Of a stretch of 46,850 nt of DNA, positions 44,873 through 46,850 are shown piece after piece. The notes under the pieces were generated by a model. The model saw only the letters and a program-made list of their open reading frames with translations. It had not been told where the DNA came from and did not search any database. Within the stretch, counting starts at the first letter, position 1; each line of letters begins with the position of its first letter. A program made the translations under genes and the position numbers. Origin of the DNA: an uncultured bacterium (GTDB taxonomy: Bacteria; RBG-13-66-14; B26-G2; WVWN01); assembly GCA_965602215.1 (NCBI GenBank), contig CBFCYS010000001.1, positions 1-46,850 of the forward strand, read 5' to 3'.

Positions 44873-46303
44873 ATGGACTTGATAAACGTTAAGGCGTCCG
44901 AAATCGCGGCCAAGGTTCGCGCGGGCGAACTCTCCCCGGGCGACGTGGTCGGCGGCTTCCGCCGCCGCGTCGAGGCGCACGACGCCGCCGTCAACGCGTT
45001 CCTTCGCTTAAACGACCGCGAAGCCCCCGCGGCCGCGGACGGCCCTTTGGCCGGCGTCCCCGTCGCCGTCAAAGACAATATCTGCACGGACTGGATGACC
45101 ACCACCGCGGCCTCGCGCATCATAGAAAACTACCGGCCGCCGTACAACGCGACGGTCGTCGATAGGCTATTAAACGCCGGCGCCTACGTCATCGGCAAAA
45201 CCAACCTCGACGAATTCGCTATGGGGTCCTCCACCGAATATTCCGCGTTCTTCCCCACCAAAAACCCCCGCGACCTGACGCGGGCCCCGGGAGGTTCCAG
45301 CGGCGGCTCGGCGGCGGCGGTTTGCGCCGGCTTCGCGCCCCTCGCGCTGGGCTCGGATACCGGCGGCTCTATTCGCCAGCCGGCGGCGATGTGCGGCGTC
45401 GTCGGCTTTAAACCTACGTACGGCCGCGTCTCGCGCTACGGCCTAATTGCGTTCGCGCCGTCCTTCGACCAAATCGGGCCGCTGGCCCGCAACGTCAAGG
45501 ATGCCACGCTGTTATTGCAAGTCATCGCCGGCCATGACCCTCGCGAGGCGACGTCCAGCCGCCGCGACGTCCCCGACTACGTCGCCGGCCTCGAGCGAGA
45601 TCACGGCGCTTTTCGGGTAGGCCTTATAGAAGAATTCTTCGGCACCGACGTCCCCCCGGGCATAAAGGCCGCGATTGAAAACGCGCTCGGCAAACTGGAG
45701 CCGCTGGGCCACGTCGTAGAGCGGGCCGCCATCCCCAGCGCCTCCTGGGCGCTGCCCACGTACTACGTGACCGCCTGCGCGGAGACCTACTCCAACCTCG
45801 CCCGCTACCAGGGCGTGTTGTTCGGGCCGCGGGCGGACGGCTACGACGGCCCGGCGGATATGGTGGCCAAGGCCCGCGCCCGAGGCTTCGGCGGCGAGGC
45901 CCGGCGGCGGCTGGCCGCCGGCGCGTACGTATTGTCCATCGGCTACCGCGACCGCTATTACGCCAAGGCGCAGACGATCCGCCAGCACATGCGGGTGCAG
46001 TTCGCCGCGGCGTTCGAACAGTTCGACTTCCTCGTATACCCGGTATCGCCGTTTACCGCCTTCAAGTTGAATACCCGCAACCTCGACCCCCAGCTCATGT
46101 ATTTGGCCGATATCTTTACGGGCCTGGCGAACCTGGTCGGCCTCCCCGCCCTCTCTTTGCCCTGCGGTTTCGACGAGGAAGGGCTGCCGGTGGGAATACA
46201 CATTATGTCGCGGCCCTGGGACGAGGAGCGGCTGCTGGCGTTGGCCCACCGCCTGGAGTTCGAGCTGGGGCTGCCCCAGGACGCCGTGACGCCGGCGCCG
46301 TAA
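44873..46303 (+). CDS. gatA: Asp/Glu-tRNA amidotransferase subunit A
   Basis: 476 aa. It has the amidase signature GGSSGGSAAAV, KDNI and SDTGGSIRQPA. Confidence 0.93.
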   Translation: MDLINVKASEIAAKVRAGELSPGDVVGGFRRRVEAHDAAVNAFLRLNDREAPAAADGPLAGVPVAVKDNICTDWMTTTAASRIIENYRPPYNATVVDRLLNAGAYVIGKTNLDEFAMGSSTEYSAFFPTKNPRDLTRAPGGSSGGSAAAVCAGFAPLALGSDTGGSIRQPAAMCGVVGFKPTYGRVSRYGLIAFAPSFDQIGPLARNVKDATLLLQVIAGHDPREATSSRRDVPDYVAGLERDHGAFRVGLIEEFFGTDVPPGIKAAIENALGKLEPLGHVVERAAIPSASWALPTYYVTACAETYSNLARYQGVLFGPRADGYDGPADMVAKARARGFGGEARRRLAAGAYVLSIGYRDRYYAKAQTIRQHMRVQFAAAFEQFDFLVYPVSPFTAFKLNTRNLDPQLMYLADIFTGLANLVGLPALSLPCGFDEEGLPVGIHIMSRPWDEERLLALAHRLEFELGLPQDAVTPAP

Positions 46304-46368
46304 AAACGCGGCCCGGCGATGTGAAACAGGGCCGGTAGCGGCGTCACTAATACGGCGGTGATAGAATA

Positions 46369-46850
46369 ATGAGCACGAAAAAGGGATTATTTTCGCGCTT
46401 TCTCCTACCGGCGCTCTTTTTAGGTATTTTAGGTACGGCCGGCTGCGGCGACGAGGAACCAACGCCGACCGAACGCGGGCCGTACGACGCGACCGAGCCA
46501 AAGTACGTCCTCGCCAACGTCGAGCTCGCGTTCAACCGCGGCGACGTTAATCTTTTGAGCAACTGCCTTGCCGGCGACTTCGCGTTCTACTTCGACGTCA
46601 ACGACATAGGCCAAAAAGTCGACGGTTATACCATCCCGACGTCGTGGACGCGGGATGAGTTCTTAACGGCCGCCGGCAATATGTTCGCGGAGACGTACGA
46701 TACCTCGTTAACCAACCGCTGGCGCGAGGTAGGGTCGCCGGCCCCCGGCGCGACCTTCTATCAGGCCGCCGACGTCCCGTTAGGAATCACGGTTATGGTC
46801 ACCGCGACTAACGGATACCTGTTCGACGACGGGACGTGCGACTACGAGTT
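46369..46850 (+). CDS. Lipoprotein of unknown function, 3' end beyond window
   Basis: Absent from the track because it has no stop. My read from ATG 46369 is MSTKKGLFSRFLLPALFLGILGTAGCGDEEP... (lipobox LGTAGC), and the frame stays open to the window end. Confidence 0.55.
   Translation, partial: MSTKKGLFSRFLLPALFLGILGTAGCGDEEPTPTERGPYDATEPKYVLANVELAFNRGDVNLLSNCLAGDFAFYFDVNDIGQKVDGYTIPTSWTRDEFLTAAGNMFAETYDTSLTNRWREVGSPAPGATFYQAADVPLGITVMVTATNGYLFDDGTCDYE

Overview
High-GC bacterial chromosomal window, apparently from a diderm (LolCDE, Lnt and stand-alone TonB-C-like proteins are present), densely packed with about 47 genes. No transposase, integrase, CRISPR array or rRNA was seen. Most of the window is housekeeping or cell-envelope content. 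On the minus strand these are an aminotransferase-gcvT-gcvH-gcvPA operon, an MBL hydrolase, two methyltransferases, two GT2 genes and aroK, with aroE convergent on the plus strand. A co-directional plus-strand block of about 12 kb runs prfB (with the classical +1 frameshift), 2 TonB-C-like genes, lysS, 2 paralogous membrane proteins, an ABC/ABC-2 pair, 3 tandem NHL-repeat proteins and lolE/lolD. After that come clpC, DUF3467, HIT, a GT-C/TPR glycosyltransferase, tRNA-Glu(CUC), lnt, a creD-like gene, a histidine kinase, a polyprenyl-P sugar transferase, thrS, a 1097-aa Zn-ribbon/STAND/TPR protein, mglB-mglA-DUF4388(PATAN), pcrA, and gatC-Kelch lipoprotein-gatA. The main anomaly is at 6574..7464(-). 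Two separate track ORFs there are one gene interrupted by a single in-frame TGA. That TGA sits exactly at the first Cys of a thioredoxin-fold WxxCGPC active site, giving U-G-P-C. A perfect hairpin with a GGU loop lies 14 nt downstream, so this is a candidate secreted selenoprotein. Its C-terminus carries the same tail of about 14 aa (VEPxS[LF]G[RK]V[KR]x[LT]Fx-COOH) as the three tandem NHL proteins, which suggests an unrecognised C-terminal sorting or anchoring signal. Other observations are a low-GC mglBA polarity module next to a STAND NTPase, insertions into the conserved prfB-lysS and gatCA(B) operons, a candidate leaderless gene, and several near-consensus promoters, terminators and short repeats. 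All calls come from reading the sequence and recalling family motifs. No database search or covariance model was run.
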